From assembly GCA_039811145.1 (NCBI GenBank), contig JBDHYB010000005.1:12299-76298 (forward strand): a stretch of 64,000 nt of DNA, read 5' to 3'. The notes beneath the pieces are model-generated. The model had not been told where the DNA came from and did not search any database. It was given only the letters and a program-made list of their open reading frames with translations. The stretch comes from Chitinophagales bacterium. GTDB lineage: Bacteria > Bacteroidota > Bacteroidia > Chitinophagales > LD1. A program made the position numbers and the translations under genes. This document shows positions 17,011-26,352 of the stretch, piece by piece; position 1 is the first letter of the stretch; each line of letters starts with the position of its first letter.

Positions 17011-18507
17011 TCACGAGCTTCTTATCTTTTGCTTTTCATTAAACCACTTTCTTAAATCAAATACGCCGGCAAAAAGGTTTGCGCTTCCGCCCTCAGTTGC
17101 CCTTTCTTCCATTGCTTTCAGCACCTCATCACATTCCTTACGGTCTTTTTCTTCTTTAAAATTCCATTTACACAGTTTGCGCAGAAATTTTCCCAGGTCT
17201 TTAAAGAAAGGTTCTTCCAATTCCGAATCCGCTAACAGTTTGTAAAAGTTAATAGCCTTGGTATCGGCAATATTTAAATCTCCTTCATTGTAAAACAGTA
17301 TAACCTCCAAAAACCGTACGTTGTAGTAAATAAGCTTTACAAGCTTAGCGGCGTCCAGCGTGTAAAACTTCTCAATCCAATAGCGTGCACGGTCGTTTTT
17401 GTTTCCCGACACCAGGGTAGCAATCATGCGTAGGGTCATTAACGGTGTGCTGGTGCGCTGGGCGTTGGTAGCTAACGGGTTTTCGAAGAAACTCTCTAAA
17501 TCAGGCTCAAGCCTCAAAATACTATCCGCATTTTCCTGCATATGGCAAATGCTTATACGCGTGCTCAATAAACGTATTCTAACCCTGTCAAAAACTTCGG
17601 GGTTTACTGTAAAGTAATCTTTTTCTCCGTCAACCCATTTTTGCAAACGGTTGCATAGCTTTTCAGTAAGTGGTATATCATCGGCGGCTATTGCTGTTAC
17701 TATGTAGTTGGAGATAACCGTAAAAAAGAAAGTTTTGGGAACTTCGTACAGGAAAGGGTGCTGCTCAAACAACTGTAACGACTTTTCATGATACTCCAAA
17801 GCCTTATCATATTGTTTACGGGTATTAAAGGAATCGCACAAAACACCGTAATACAGCAACCGTGCCCTAACGGAACTTACCTTTTCCGCTTTTTCAATAG
17901 CCTGTGCCTGGAAACCATCAATTGTTGATTGCCGTAAGTGTGGTTTCTCATAGTCGTATTGGTTAGAATAACGCACTGCCATGCTTTGAAACAACAGGGC
18001 ATCATACATCTCCTTCATACCTCTCGATGCCGAATCAACATCCGCATGCGCCTGTTCAAAAAAGGAAAAGAACTTCTCTTTATCCTTTTCAAGGTCAGTA
18101 TTTAGCGCCAGGCGAACTGCCAATTCAGCCACGCCATAATACAATTCAGCATCACGTACTGTTTTCATCAACTTGTTTATCTCTTTTCGCGCTTCGCCTT
18201 TAAGGCCTTTGTTCGTTAAAAATTCAATTTCGCTCAAGGCACATCGTATGCGGTCGGCCGGATTATCATCCTCGCGATAATTGCGCATGGCTTTTAGCAA
18301 AAGCTTACGCAACTGCCATTTTGCGGCAGCCAGGTTTTTAATCCCGGTTTTGCTTTTAACCGCCTCTTCGTCATATTCCTTCATGTCTTCCAGCACATCA
18401 TACAGCATTAAAATATCCGAATCGCTTTTAAAAGAAGTAGAAAACAGCCTGAAGTAACGCTTTTCGGCCTTATTAAGGGTTTGAATGATTTGATGCAATG
18501 GATCCAT
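17011..18507 (-). CDS. orphan all-helical (TPR-like) cytoplasmic protein, cassette copy 2
   Basis: 498 aa. The N-terminal ~130 aa and the C-terminal FFK(E/D)LGKFLRKLxKWNFKEEKDRxECD block are highly similar to 12191-13696. The centre has diverged. Confidence 0.75.
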   Translation of the reverse strand: MDPLHQIIQTLNKAEKRYFRLFSTSFKSDSDILMLYDVLEDMKEYDEEAVKSKTGIKNLAAAKWQLRKLLLKAMRNYREDDNPADRIRCALSEIEFLTNKGLKGEARKEINKLMKTVRDAELYYGVAELAVRLALNTDLEKDKEKFFSFFEQAHADVDSASRGMKEMYDALLFQSMAVRYSNQYDYEKPHLRQSTIDGFQAQAIEKAEKVSSVRARLLYYGVLCDSFNTRKQYDKALEYHEKSLQLFEQHPFLYEVPKTFFFTVISNYIVTAIAADDIPLTEKLCNRLQKWVDGEKDYFTVNPEVFDRVRIRLLSTRISICHMQENADSILRLEPDLESFFENPLATNAQRTSTPLMTLRMIATLVSGNKNDRARYWIEKFYTLDAAKLVKLIYYNVRFLEVILFYNEGDLNIADTKAINFYKLLADSELEEPFFKDLGKFLRKLCKWNFKEEKDRKECDEVLKAMEERATEGGSANLFAGVFDLRKWFNEKQKIRSS

Positions 18508-18589
18508 ACCTCAACGAATATACATGCTGAAGGATAAAACTACCATCAAATCAATTTCATAAAAAGGGCTTAGAAAATTGATATTCCTG

Positions 18590-18630
18590 AAAAATCGGAT
18601 TGATGCGGGGGCACCTGCGGGCTTGCTTTG
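18590..18630 (+). promoter_or_regulatory. candidate promoter region of cassette copy 2 operon
   Basis: GAAAAATCGGATTGATG and TTGCTTTGTGCCAACAAAAAAAA are conserved with copy 1. Confidence 0.3.
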
Positions 18631-18656
18631 TGCCAACAAAAAAAACGTAAACTGAT

Positions 18657-20144
18657 ATGAAAAAAGTAAACAAAATTTCTCTTTTACTACTGTTAATAGT
18701 GGTTACTGTTATTAGCAAGGCGAATAATATTCGTATTAACATTAGTTCATTTGATGCGGTAACAAATACCTTGCAGGTTAGCCTGGGCTGGGATAATTCC
18801 TGGCGCGATCAAACGGGGAACTTCCGCGATGCTGCCTGGGTATTTGTAAAATATAAAGATGTTACTGACGCCACCTGGAAACATGGCGTACTTGTGGCAC
18901 CTACCGGTACTAATGCCATTGTAAGCGACACCTTAAGCGGCAGTAATGTGAAGTTTGAAATATTAGGCAAAAATGCCAGTACATCACCTGCCGGCTCAAG
19001 AGGCTTTATAGTAAGAAGACAAAACAACCCTGTTGGCACTTCTGCCGGTTTACCGGAGTATACAGGAGTGTACAATGTGGCTATGAAAATAAACCTGAAG
19101 CTTTCATTGCCAACAGGAACTGTTTTAGTGAATCCTGAATTTAAAGTGTTTGCCCTTGAGATGGTGGATATTCCGGCAGGCTCATTTTATGCAGGCGATG
19201 GAGGTCCGAACAGTTATGTAAGTTCATCCACCACGGCATCTACCCCTTTAAATGTTACAAGTGAAGCAATTGCAAGCTATGTGCATTATGAAGGCGGCAG
19301 CCCCGCAACGGTTACAGTGCCCGCCACTTTTCCCAAGGGCTTTTCTGAGTTCTTTATAATGAAATACGAGTTAAGCAACGATGCCTACGCGCAATTTCTG
19401 AATACCTTAACCCGTGATCAGCAAAACAACCTTGTTACGGGATGGGCATCGGTTTCTGCGTCTTCTGATTATGCAGGTGGCTTTCCTGAAAACTATTACA
19501 ATACAGGTACCCCTGGTATACATGGCCTTGTGTCATCCTCAACCTCACCGGGCTATTTTTGGGCTACAACGCCAAATCACCCCGTTGTAAACTCCTCAGA
19601 TAGCTATGTTAAAAACCTGGCTTACCTTGATTGGTCAGGTATGCGCTCAATGACGGCATTTGAGTACGAAAAGGCTTGCAGGGGTAAGGGCACACCGGTT
19701 ATTGATGAGTGGGCCTGGGGTACAAGTTCTAACACTTATATTGGCTTTGGTGTAGGAACAATTACTGACCAGAACGGCCCCGGCGAAACTATAAACGAAT
19801 ATCTGGAAGGGCCTATAACGATAGAACGATTTTTCCGTTGCGGCGCTTTTGCTAAAGATGCTGCTTCAACAAGGACAAATAGCGGCGGTACATTTTACGG
19901 CGTTATGGACATGAGCAACAATATGCTGGAGGTTACAGCCGGGTATGGCGATGTCCCCGGCACCACATTTAACGGCACCATGGGTGATGGCTACCTTAGC
20001 AGTACCGGCACCGCAGACGTAGCATCCTGGTCGGGTATAGCCACTTTCTATAAAGGGTCACAGGAGATCACAACTCCAGTTGTTGGAAGAGTTTCATCAA
20101 AAGCTTCTCTTGGCCAACCGGGTATCCGTGGTGTAATTCGTTAA
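18657..20144 (+). CDS. exported protein with a degenerate FGE-sulfatase (SUMF1/GldJ/GldK-like) domain, cassette copy 2
   Basis: 495 aa, a paralog of 13843-15360. Landmarks are MKYELSNDAYAQFLNTL, WAWGT, GTFYGVMDMSNNMLEV and the terminal PGIRGVI. It has a signal peptide and no lipobox. Confidence 0.6.
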   Translation: MKKVNKISLLLLLIVVTVISKANNIRINISSFDAVTNTLQVSLGWDNSWRDQTGNFRDAAWVFVKYKDVTDATWKHGVLVAPTGTNAIVSDTLSGSNVKFEILGKNASTSPAGSRGFIVRRQNNPVGTSAGLPEYTGVYNVAMKINLKLSLPTGTVLVNPEFKVFALEMVDIPAGSFYAGDGGPNSYVSSSTTASTPLNVTSEAIASYVHYEGGSPATVTVPATFPKGFSEFFIMKYELSNDAYAQFLNTLTRDQQNNLVTGWASVSASSDYAGGFPENYYNTGTPGIHGLVSSSTSPGYFWATTPNHPVVNSSDSYVKNLAYLDWSGMRSMTAFEYEKACRGKGTPVIDEWAWGTSSNTYIGFGVGTITDQNGPGETINEYLEGPITIERFFRCGAFAKDAASTRTNSGGTFYGVMDMSNNMLEVTAGYGDVPGTTFNGTMGDGYLSSTGTADVASWSGIATFYKGSQEITTPVVGRVSSKASLGQPGIRGVIR

Positions 20145-20165
20145 TAGTAATCTCAAACCAACGAA

Positions 20166-22112
20166 ATGAGATTCTTATTAATAATCAGTCTTACATATTT
20201 ACTTCTGCCGGCATATTCGCAGGCAGTTTACAGTGGTGGAATAAATGATGGCTTTGCCTCCCACACTTTGGGTAAAAGCCCGTTTAATTTATACCAGGGT
20301 GGCAGTAACGATGGATATGCCTATCATCAGTTGAATTTTGCGGATGGAATAAACTTCTTTAAAGGAGGTACAAACGATGGCTTTGCCCAGCATGGATTGA
20401 ATCACCCAAATGATTTCAATATCTATAAAGGCGGGGTTCAGGACGGATTTGCAGTTGACGGCCGCACTTTCAATACTACCTTCTCTATCTACCGGGGTGG
20501 CCTCAATGATGGATTCAGTTACGCATTTAAAAATTCCAACTCAAACTACAACTTTTATAAAGGAGGTGTCGCCGATGGTTTTGCTTACCATGGCAGTAAC
20601 GATGTTAACCATACCTACTGTCCTTTGCCAACTACCCTTCAGCATATCAGCAATACCAGCAGCAGTGTATCCCTCTCCTGGGTTCCGGGCAGCGGCAATA
20701 CCGTATACCAGGTAATGCTTATAAAAAACGGAACCGTTGATAGTTTCTTTGCCAGCGGCTCAATAACAGCCGGTCCTATGGCCGTATCACTTAGCTGCCT
20801 GCCTACAGGAAGTTTCTTTACCTACTACGTGCGCGAAAGCTGCGCAGATAACGCATGGAGTGAATGGGCGGGTGGATTTACCTGCTATACATCAACAGGT
20901 TGCCAAACCCCAACAAACCAAACGGCAAGCATAGTAAACACCCAAAATGCCAACCTTAGTTGGGAAAGCAACTATGGCACCCAGGTGGATAAACCTTATC
21001 AAATAAGCTATGGAATAGGTATAAACAATGCAAACCAGGGAACAAAAACGGCTATAACAACCATTACGCCTGCACAGGTTAACGGCAACATTCGAACACA
21101 CGCATTATACCTTGCCGGCGGTGTTGGTAACATCACTTGGTACGTGCGTGAAATATGCAGCGAGTGTGATACAACTGTATGGCTTGGCCCAAATACATTA
21201 CCGGCTAACAGTTGCAATGTACCGCTTTCAACCGGTATGAGTGTTTCTAATCTTACAACTACCGGCGCTACACTAAATTTTACCAGCAGCAACTACAACA
21301 GCGCTTCGAAAATTGAATTACTTAACTATAGCAACAGCACTTCGGTCTTTTATGATGTATTCAATAGCCCGTCGTACGTTAGGCAGCAAATACTTAGCGG
21401 TTTAACACCAAATACGCAATATGGCTGGCGCGTTAAGGAGTACTGCAGCGCTAACGATAGCACTGCCTACACCGCTTACCAAAACTTCACCACACCGGTT
21501 AACAGCGGAGGTAACTGTGCAGCACCCACCAACCAGGGCATTTACGTTGCTACCGGGCCAATGTTAATTGTAAAATGGCTATCACCTTTGTATGGTAATA
21601 CCAGCAAGGGTTACCAGGTGGCAGGTGGAATGAATATCGGTTCACCGGCGCAGGCCACTATTGTGCAAAGCAACCCCTACTACATATCGCAAACACCGCA
21701 GCACCCCACTCATTCATTTTATGGTGGCAATACACCGGGCTTTACCTGGTATGTGCGTGATATTTGTAACCCGGGTGACACCAGTGTATGGCTGGGGCCT
21801 TATATAGTAGGTGCATCAAAAACCGATGGGTCAGAAACTACTGCCATTACTGAGGATGAAGAACAAAATTCTTCTGCTACGCTGGTTGTTTATCCTAACC
21901 CCAATGCCGATGGTCGCTTATTTATAAAAGCCATGGACATTAGCGATAACACTACATTGCTTATTTACACAGCGCAGGGCCAATTAGCGCTGCAAACAAC
22001 GATAGTTAACAAAACGGTAGATGTAAGCGCATTGAGCAATGGTGTTTACATGCTTCGCATTGAAACACCTGCTTACAACACTCAATTGAAGAAACTGGTA
22101 ATACAACATTAG
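20166..22112 (+). CDS. T9SS type A cargo: six 22-residue YxGGxxDG[FY]A repeats + four Cys-bracketed FN3-like modules + Por secretion tail, cassette copy 2
   Basis: 648 aa. Aromatic residues fall at 22, 43, 65, 87, 109 and 131. Modules begin CPLPTT, CQTPTN, CNVPLS and CAAPTN. About 120 C-terminal residues match copy 1 with only 3 differences. The gene starts 21 nt after the upstream gene. Confidence 0.8.
   Translation: MRFLLIISLTYLLLPAYSQAVYSGGINDGFASHTLGKSPFNLYQGGSNDGYAYHQLNFADGINFFKGGTNDGFAQHGLNHPNDFNIYKGGVQDGFAVDGRTFNTTFSIYRGGLNDGFSYAFKNSNSNYNFYKGGVADGFAYHGSNDVNHTYCPLPTTLQHISNTSSSVSLSWVPGSGNTVYQVMLIKNGTVDSFFASGSITAGPMAVSLSCLPTGSFFTYYVRESCADNAWSEWAGGFTCYTSTGCQTPTNQTASIVNTQNANLSWESNYGTQVDKPYQISYGIGINNANQGTKTAITTITPAQVNGNIRTHALYLAGGVGNITWYVREICSECDTTVWLGPNTLPANSCNVPLSTGMSVSNLTTTGATLNFTSSNYNSASKIELLNYSNSTSVFYDVFNSPSYVRQQILSGLTPNTQYGWRVKEYCSANDSTAYTAYQNFTTPVNSGGNCAAPTNQGIYVATGPMLIVKWLSPLYGNTSKGYQVAGGMNIGSPAQATIVQSNPYYISQTPQHPTHSFYGGNTPGFTWYVRDICNPGDTSVWLGPYIVGASKTDGSETTAITEDEEQNSSATLVVYPNPNADGRLFIKAMDISDNTTLLIYTAQGQLALQTTIVNKTVDVSALSNGVYMLRIETPAYNTQLKKLVIQH
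20223..20618 (+). repeat. coding array of six 22-residue YxGGxxDG[FY]A repeats
   Basis: I counted residue positions directly. The spacing is 21, 22, 22, 22, 22. Confidence 0.85.
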
Positions 22113-22180
22113 GACTTTTAAATCAGCTACGTTTTAGCTAATCCCGCTTAGCGCTTTAAAGCGCGGCGGGATTTTTGTTT
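21741..22180 (+). repeat. near-identical 440-bp tract (copy B)
   Basis: See 16546-16986. Confidence 0.9.
22139..22180 (+). terminator. rho-independent terminator of cassette copy 2
   Basis: Same hairpin as 16945-16986, with a 1-nt shorter loop, followed by TTTTTGTTT. Confidence 0.75.
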
Positions 22181-22230
22181 GTATTTCTATACTATTTAAG
22201 TGGCAGTTATCTTCTGCTATCTTCGCCGGT

Positions 22231-23574
22231 ATGAAGTTTACCGATTTAAACCTGAACAACCCTTTATTAAATGCCCTTAACGATTTGGGGTTCACACAAG
22301 CTACAACCATCCAGCATAAGGCTTTCCCCGTAGTTATGAGCGGCCGCGATGTGGTAGGCATAGCACAAACAGGAACAGGTAAAACGCTCGGATATTTGCT
22401 GCCGATACTACGCCAGTGGGAGTTCAGCAAAAAGAAAGAAACGCGGGTTTTAATTTTAGTGCCTACCCGCGAGTTGGTTGTGCAGGTTGTGGAAGCCGCC
22501 AAAAAGCTGACGCCTTACATGAGCGTGGCTATTGAAGGTGTATATGGTGGCGGTAATATAAAAGTGCAAATGGCCGCATTAAGCCATGGCGCGGATATAG
22601 TTGTAGGCACACCCGGGCGGGTAATAGACCTTATAATGAATGCCAGCCTTAAAATTAAAACGGTAAAAAAACTGGTGATTGACGAAGTGGATGAAATGCT
22701 GGGGCTGGGGTTCCGCCATCAGTTAACCACCATATTAAACCTGCTGCCACCTAAAAGGCAGAACCTGATGTTCTCTGCCACTTTAACTGAAGAAGTGGAG
22801 GACTTAATTAAAACCTATTTCTACGGCCCCATTAAAATTGAAGCAGCACCGGTGGGCACCCCGCTTGATAACATTGAGCAACATGCTTACGAAGTACCCA
22901 ACTTTAATACCAAGGTTAACCTGTTACAGTTGCTATTGAACCAAAGTGAAATGAAAAAAGTATTGGTGTTCGCTGCCACCAAACAATTGGCGGACGACCT
23001 TTACGAAAAAATTGAGCCGCTCTTTCCGGAGGAAATAGGGGTTATACACTCTAATAAATCGCAGAATAACCGCTTTGAAACAGTAAAGCGTTTTGGCACA
23101 GGGCAATACCGTGCTCTTATCGCCACTGATATTATCGCACGAGGATTGGATATTGCCGAAGTATCGCACGTTATAAACTTTGACGTGCCCGAAGAAGCTG
23201 AAAATTATATACACCGCATCGGCCGCACGGGCCGTGCAGATGCTAAAGGCAATGCCATTACCTTTATAACTGAACGCGAGGCGGAAACAGTTGAAGCGAT
23301 AGAAAAGTTAATGAACACCCAGGTACCTCGCTTGGATTTGCCTGAAGAACTGGAGATTTCTGACGTACTAACGAAGGACGAAATGCCTCAGTTAGACACT
23401 ATGAATGTGCAGGATAAGTACAAGAAGAAATTACCTAAAGGCGGCGGAGCATTTCATGAAAAGCTACAAAAGAACCAGAAGGTAAACTTTCATTTAACGC
23501 GTGCCGAAAAACTGAAGCTGAAGTACGGTAAACCTAAAACGCGTGGACAAAAACCGCCCCGGAAGAAAAAGTAG
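22231..23574 (+). CDS. DEAD-box ATP-dependent RNA helicase (RhlE-like) with a basic C-terminal tail
   Basis: Q motif (GFTQATTIQ), AQTGTGKT, PTRELV, motif II as DEVD, SAT, HRIGRTGRA, and a Lys/Arg-rich tail. Confidence 0.9.
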   Translation: MKFTDLNLNNPLLNALNDLGFTQATTIQHKAFPVVMSGRDVVGIAQTGTGKTLGYLLPILRQWEFSKKKETRVLILVPTRELVVQVVEAAKKLTPYMSVAIEGVYGGGNIKVQMAALSHGADIVVGTPGRVIDLIMNASLKIKTVKKLVIDEVDEMLGLGFRHQLTTILNLLPPKRQNLMFSATLTEEVEDLIKTYFYGPIKIEAAPVGTPLDNIEQHAYEVPNFNTKVNLLQLLLNQSEMKKVLVFAATKQLADDLYEKIEPLFPEEIGVIHSNKSQNNRFETVKRFGTGQYRALIATDIIARGLDIAEVSHVINFDVPEEAENYIHRIGRTGRADAKGNAITFITEREAETVEAIEKLMNTQVPRLDLPEELEISDVLTKDEMPQLDTMNVQDKYKKKLPKGGGAFHEKLQKNQKVNFHLTRAEKLKLKYGKPKTRGQKPPRKKK

Positions 23575-23580
23575 ATCAGC

Positions 23581-25302
23581 CTAAATCTGCCAGGCAATTA
23601 ATCCATTCACTTCTTCAACACTCAAAGGTTTTACCCCATTTAACCCCGTTGGGGCAAACCTGTTTTTCAGGAATGTAATGGATGGTTCAACCCAGCCCTT
23701 GCTTTCCTCAGCCAGGTTATCAATTAGCACGCTTAGTTGATAAAGGGTAGTCAACTGTTCAAAAAATGGTTTTGCACTGGCTTCCATTTCATCCTGCGGT
23801 AGTGCTTTTAAGCGCTCTGCAAAAGTTTTCAATTCCAGCAATCCATTACGCAAAAAGTCGCCATGCATCGCACTGCTGCCGGCACTGCGTTCAATTTCTG
23901 CACTAATGGTATCAAAGCCTTCACTCTTGAAAAAAGCACGAAGCATATCCAATACAATGATGTTTCCGCTGCCTTCCCAGATAGGAAGCACCATTACGTC
24001 GCGCATAATTTTAGGCAGCACGCCATCTTCAATATAACCAAGGCCACCCATCAGTTCCATGCTCTCGCGGGTAATGTAAACACCGGTTTCGGCACTCCAC
24101 TTTTTAGTCATTGGGTTAATAATGCGAAAAAGTTGTGCCTCCTTCTTATCGCCGTTATCAGCTTTATCTAACGATTCAATAGCCCGCCACACCAAATAGA
24201 AGTTAGCTACATTAAGCGCTCCCAACTCCGTTAACTTTGTGCGGATTAGGGCATGCTCCAACGCGGGTTTGCCAAATGTTTTGCGTGCATTTAAAAACTG
24301 GTAAGCCTCAATCAATGCCCTGCGCGATGCTGCCAATGCTGCTACTGAATTATACAAGCGGCTCAGGTTCACCATCTCCACCATTACCTTGAAGCCTTCA
24401 AACTCCTTGCCTACCATTTTGCCCCTGGTATCGCGCAAAATACATTCCGCACTTGCCATGCTCCTTACACCCAACTTATCTTTAAGGCGTATTACTTCCA
24501 TATAGTTGCGGGTGCCATCAGGGAGAGGGTTCTCAATCATGAATATGGATAACCCTTTGGTGCCCTTTACATCATTATCCGTGCGCGCCAGGGCAAAAAT
24601 CAATTGAGCATTTGCATTACTGCAAAACCACTTCTCGCCGTTTAAGGCATATACATCATCCTGCTGGTGTTCAGCCACTGTAATGTTTGCACCCACATCA
24701 CTACCGCCGGTTTTTTCGGTCAGGAACATCGCTCCTGTGTAAAGCTCTTCTGCTTTGTCGGTGGCTATATGTGGCAGTAAGCGTGCCTTATCCTCCTCAG
24801 TGCAGAACAAATCAATCAAACGGGCAACGCCGTCCGTCATGCACAGCGGGCAATACTGTCCGCTCTCGCTCATGGCGTACAAGTAGCCTGTGCTAAAACC
24901 AAGGCGGTGGCCTTCGCGGTTGAATTTACCGCGCAGAGAAGGTTCCCACTTAACACGGAACATCTCGCTTTTAACGGCAATATCCATTAACTGCCAATAA
25001 GCAGGATGAAAACGTATTTCATCAATATTCTCCCCGGTAAAATTGCGCTTAACTAACTCCGGTCCTTTCTTATCAGCCAACAGTGATAGTTCATTCATTA
25101 TACCGGCCGCCTGTGCGCCTGTATAATCCAACTTATCCTGCATATAAGCAAAACCGGCAGGCGATATATTGTTCTTAATATAGTGTTGAAGTATTTTATC
25201 GCTACGGTAAAAGTTGGCGCTTAAACGGTAAGCATTTTCTAACACTTTGTTCTTTTGCTGAGGGTAAGCAGCAGGCGTTCTTATGTTCATCTCCATTGCC
25301 AA
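23581..25302 (-). CDS. acyl-CoA dehydrogenase family protein (AidB-like)
   Basis: 573 aa. It has TEKTGGSDVGAN, KWFCSNA, and a C-terminal helical ACAD domain with GGLGYIE. The long N-terminal extension is typical of AidB-like members. Confidence 0.8.
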   Translation of the reverse strand: MAMEMNIRTPAAYPQQKNKVLENAYRLSANFYRSDKILQHYIKNNISPAGFAYMQDKLDYTGAQAAGIMNELSLLADKKGPELVKRNFTGENIDEIRFHPAYWQLMDIAVKSEMFRVKWEPSLRGKFNREGHRLGFSTGYLYAMSESGQYCPLCMTDGVARLIDLFCTEEDKARLLPHIATDKAEELYTGAMFLTEKTGGSDVGANITVAEHQQDDVYALNGEKWFCSNANAQLIFALARTDNDVKGTKGLSIFMIENPLPDGTRNYMEVIRLKDKLGVRSMASAECILRDTRGKMVGKEFEGFKVMVEMVNLSRLYNSVAALAASRRALIEAYQFLNARKTFGKPALEHALIRTKLTELGALNVANFYLVWRAIESLDKADNGDKKEAQLFRIINPMTKKWSAETGVYITRESMELMGGLGYIEDGVLPKIMRDVMVLPIWEGSGNIIVLDMLRAFFKSEGFDTISAEIERSAGSSAMHGDFLRNGLLELKTFAERLKALPQDEMEASAKPFFEQLTTLYQLSVLIDNLAEESKGWVEPSITFLKNRFAPTGLNGVKPLSVEEVNGLIAWQI

Positions 25303-25337
25303 ATATTATGTTTCAAAGTTAAAACTACTTAGTATAC

Positions 25338-26258
25338 CTATTTGTTTTTTAACGCTTCGTAAATCGTTTCAAAAGCGGGGGTTGGCACGTTTATATCCTT
25401 TCCTCTCTTAACAACGTAGCCGGTTATTGAATCCACTTCCGTTAACCCGCCTTTCAGAAAATCGCTGTTCATACTGGTGCGGGTTTCAGGATTGGCTTCA
25501 AAAAGCGTAGTAAGCGTGCGCTCCCTTACATCTGTTCCAAAATCTATATCCAACGCTGCTGCAACATCAAGCACCTCATCAATTAATCTTTTCAAAAGCT
25601 CCATACCATGCTCATGCTGCCTGAGTTCACCCAGCGCAAGGTTTAAATAGGATGTTACACTTGCCACGCTACTGATAAACACATACTTGATCCATACTAT
25701 TCGCTGGATGTTAGCATGTACGCGGGCATCTAAGCCGGCCTGCTTTAGTAAAAATTCAAATTCCTTAAGCCGCTCTGCGTTGCCCTGTTCTGAGCCAAAG
25801 TTAACTACGCGGCTTACTCCGGTTTCATTAATCAATCCCGGCTCGCTTAAACGGCCTACAAGGTAGGCGCATCCCTGCCAAACTTCATTTTCAGGATAAA
25901 CAGCTCTTATCTTTTCTCCACTATCCACTCCGTTTAATAGCGGTACAATTACAGTGTTGGGGCCCACACAGCCGCGCACATCGGCAAGTAAACCGGTTAA
26001 ACTATACGATTTACAACTTACAATCAGGTAGTCCACCTGCCCAATCTCTGCACTGTTATGCGTAGCTTTTTTAGGGTGGGCAGTAAATCTTCCGTGCGTA
26101 GTATCAAGCACCAGCCCCCTTTGCTTAATGGCAAGTTCATTTTCGCCGCGCACAAAAAAGTAAATTTCTGCTTCGGTTTTATCTTGGTAATAGCACGCCA
26201 ACAAACCGCCAAAATAGCCACCAACTCCTCCAATTCCTGCAACAGCTATTTTTGTCAT
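25338..26258 (-). CDS. panE: 2-dehydropantoate 2-reductase (ketopantoate reductase, ApbA/PanE family)
   Basis: N-terminal Rossmann motif IAVAGIGGVGGYFGG. The C-terminal TSMNSDFLKGGLTEVDSITGYVV pattern is typical of the family. Confidence 0.75.
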   Translation of the reverse strand: MTKIAVAGIGGVGGYFGGLLACYYQDKTEAEIYFFVRGENELAIKQRGLVLDTTHGRFTAHPKKATHNSAEIGQVDYLIVSCKSYSLTGLLADVRGCVGPNTVIVPLLNGVDSGEKIRAVYPENEVWQGCAYLVGRLSEPGLINETGVSRVVNFGSEQGNAERLKEFEFLLKQAGLDARVHANIQRIVWIKYVFISSVASVTSYLNLALGELRQHEHGMELLKRLIDEVLDVAAALDIDFGTDVRERTLTTLFEANPETRTSMNSDFLKGGLTEVDSITGYVVKRGKDINVPTPAFETIYEALKNK

Positions 26259-26299
26259 ACTGCAATTTACGGAATTGTATGTTTAAATGCCGGTGCCAA

Positions 26300-26329
26300 T
26301 AAAAAAGGCCCTCGATATCGAGAGCCTTT
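26300..26329 (-). terminator. rho-independent terminator downstream of rny
   Basis: On the minus strand, an AAGGCTCTCGA / TCGAGGGCCTT stem (one U-G pair) with a 2-nt loop is followed by TTTTTTATT. Confidence 0.65.
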
Positions 26330-26352
26330 AATTTTCTAATTAAATGTACCGC

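Noticed and set aside
12191-22180. The duplicated cassette as a mobile element or composite transposon.
   Set aside because: No transposase, integrase, terminal inverted repeats or target-site duplications are visible. The only near-identical DNA is the 3' 440-bp tract, which gene conversion explains better.
22134-22502. 122-aa minus-strand ORF spanning the cassette terminator and the helicase start.
   Set aside because: It overlaps a strongly supported DEAD-box CDS and a terminator hairpin. It has no supporting motif.
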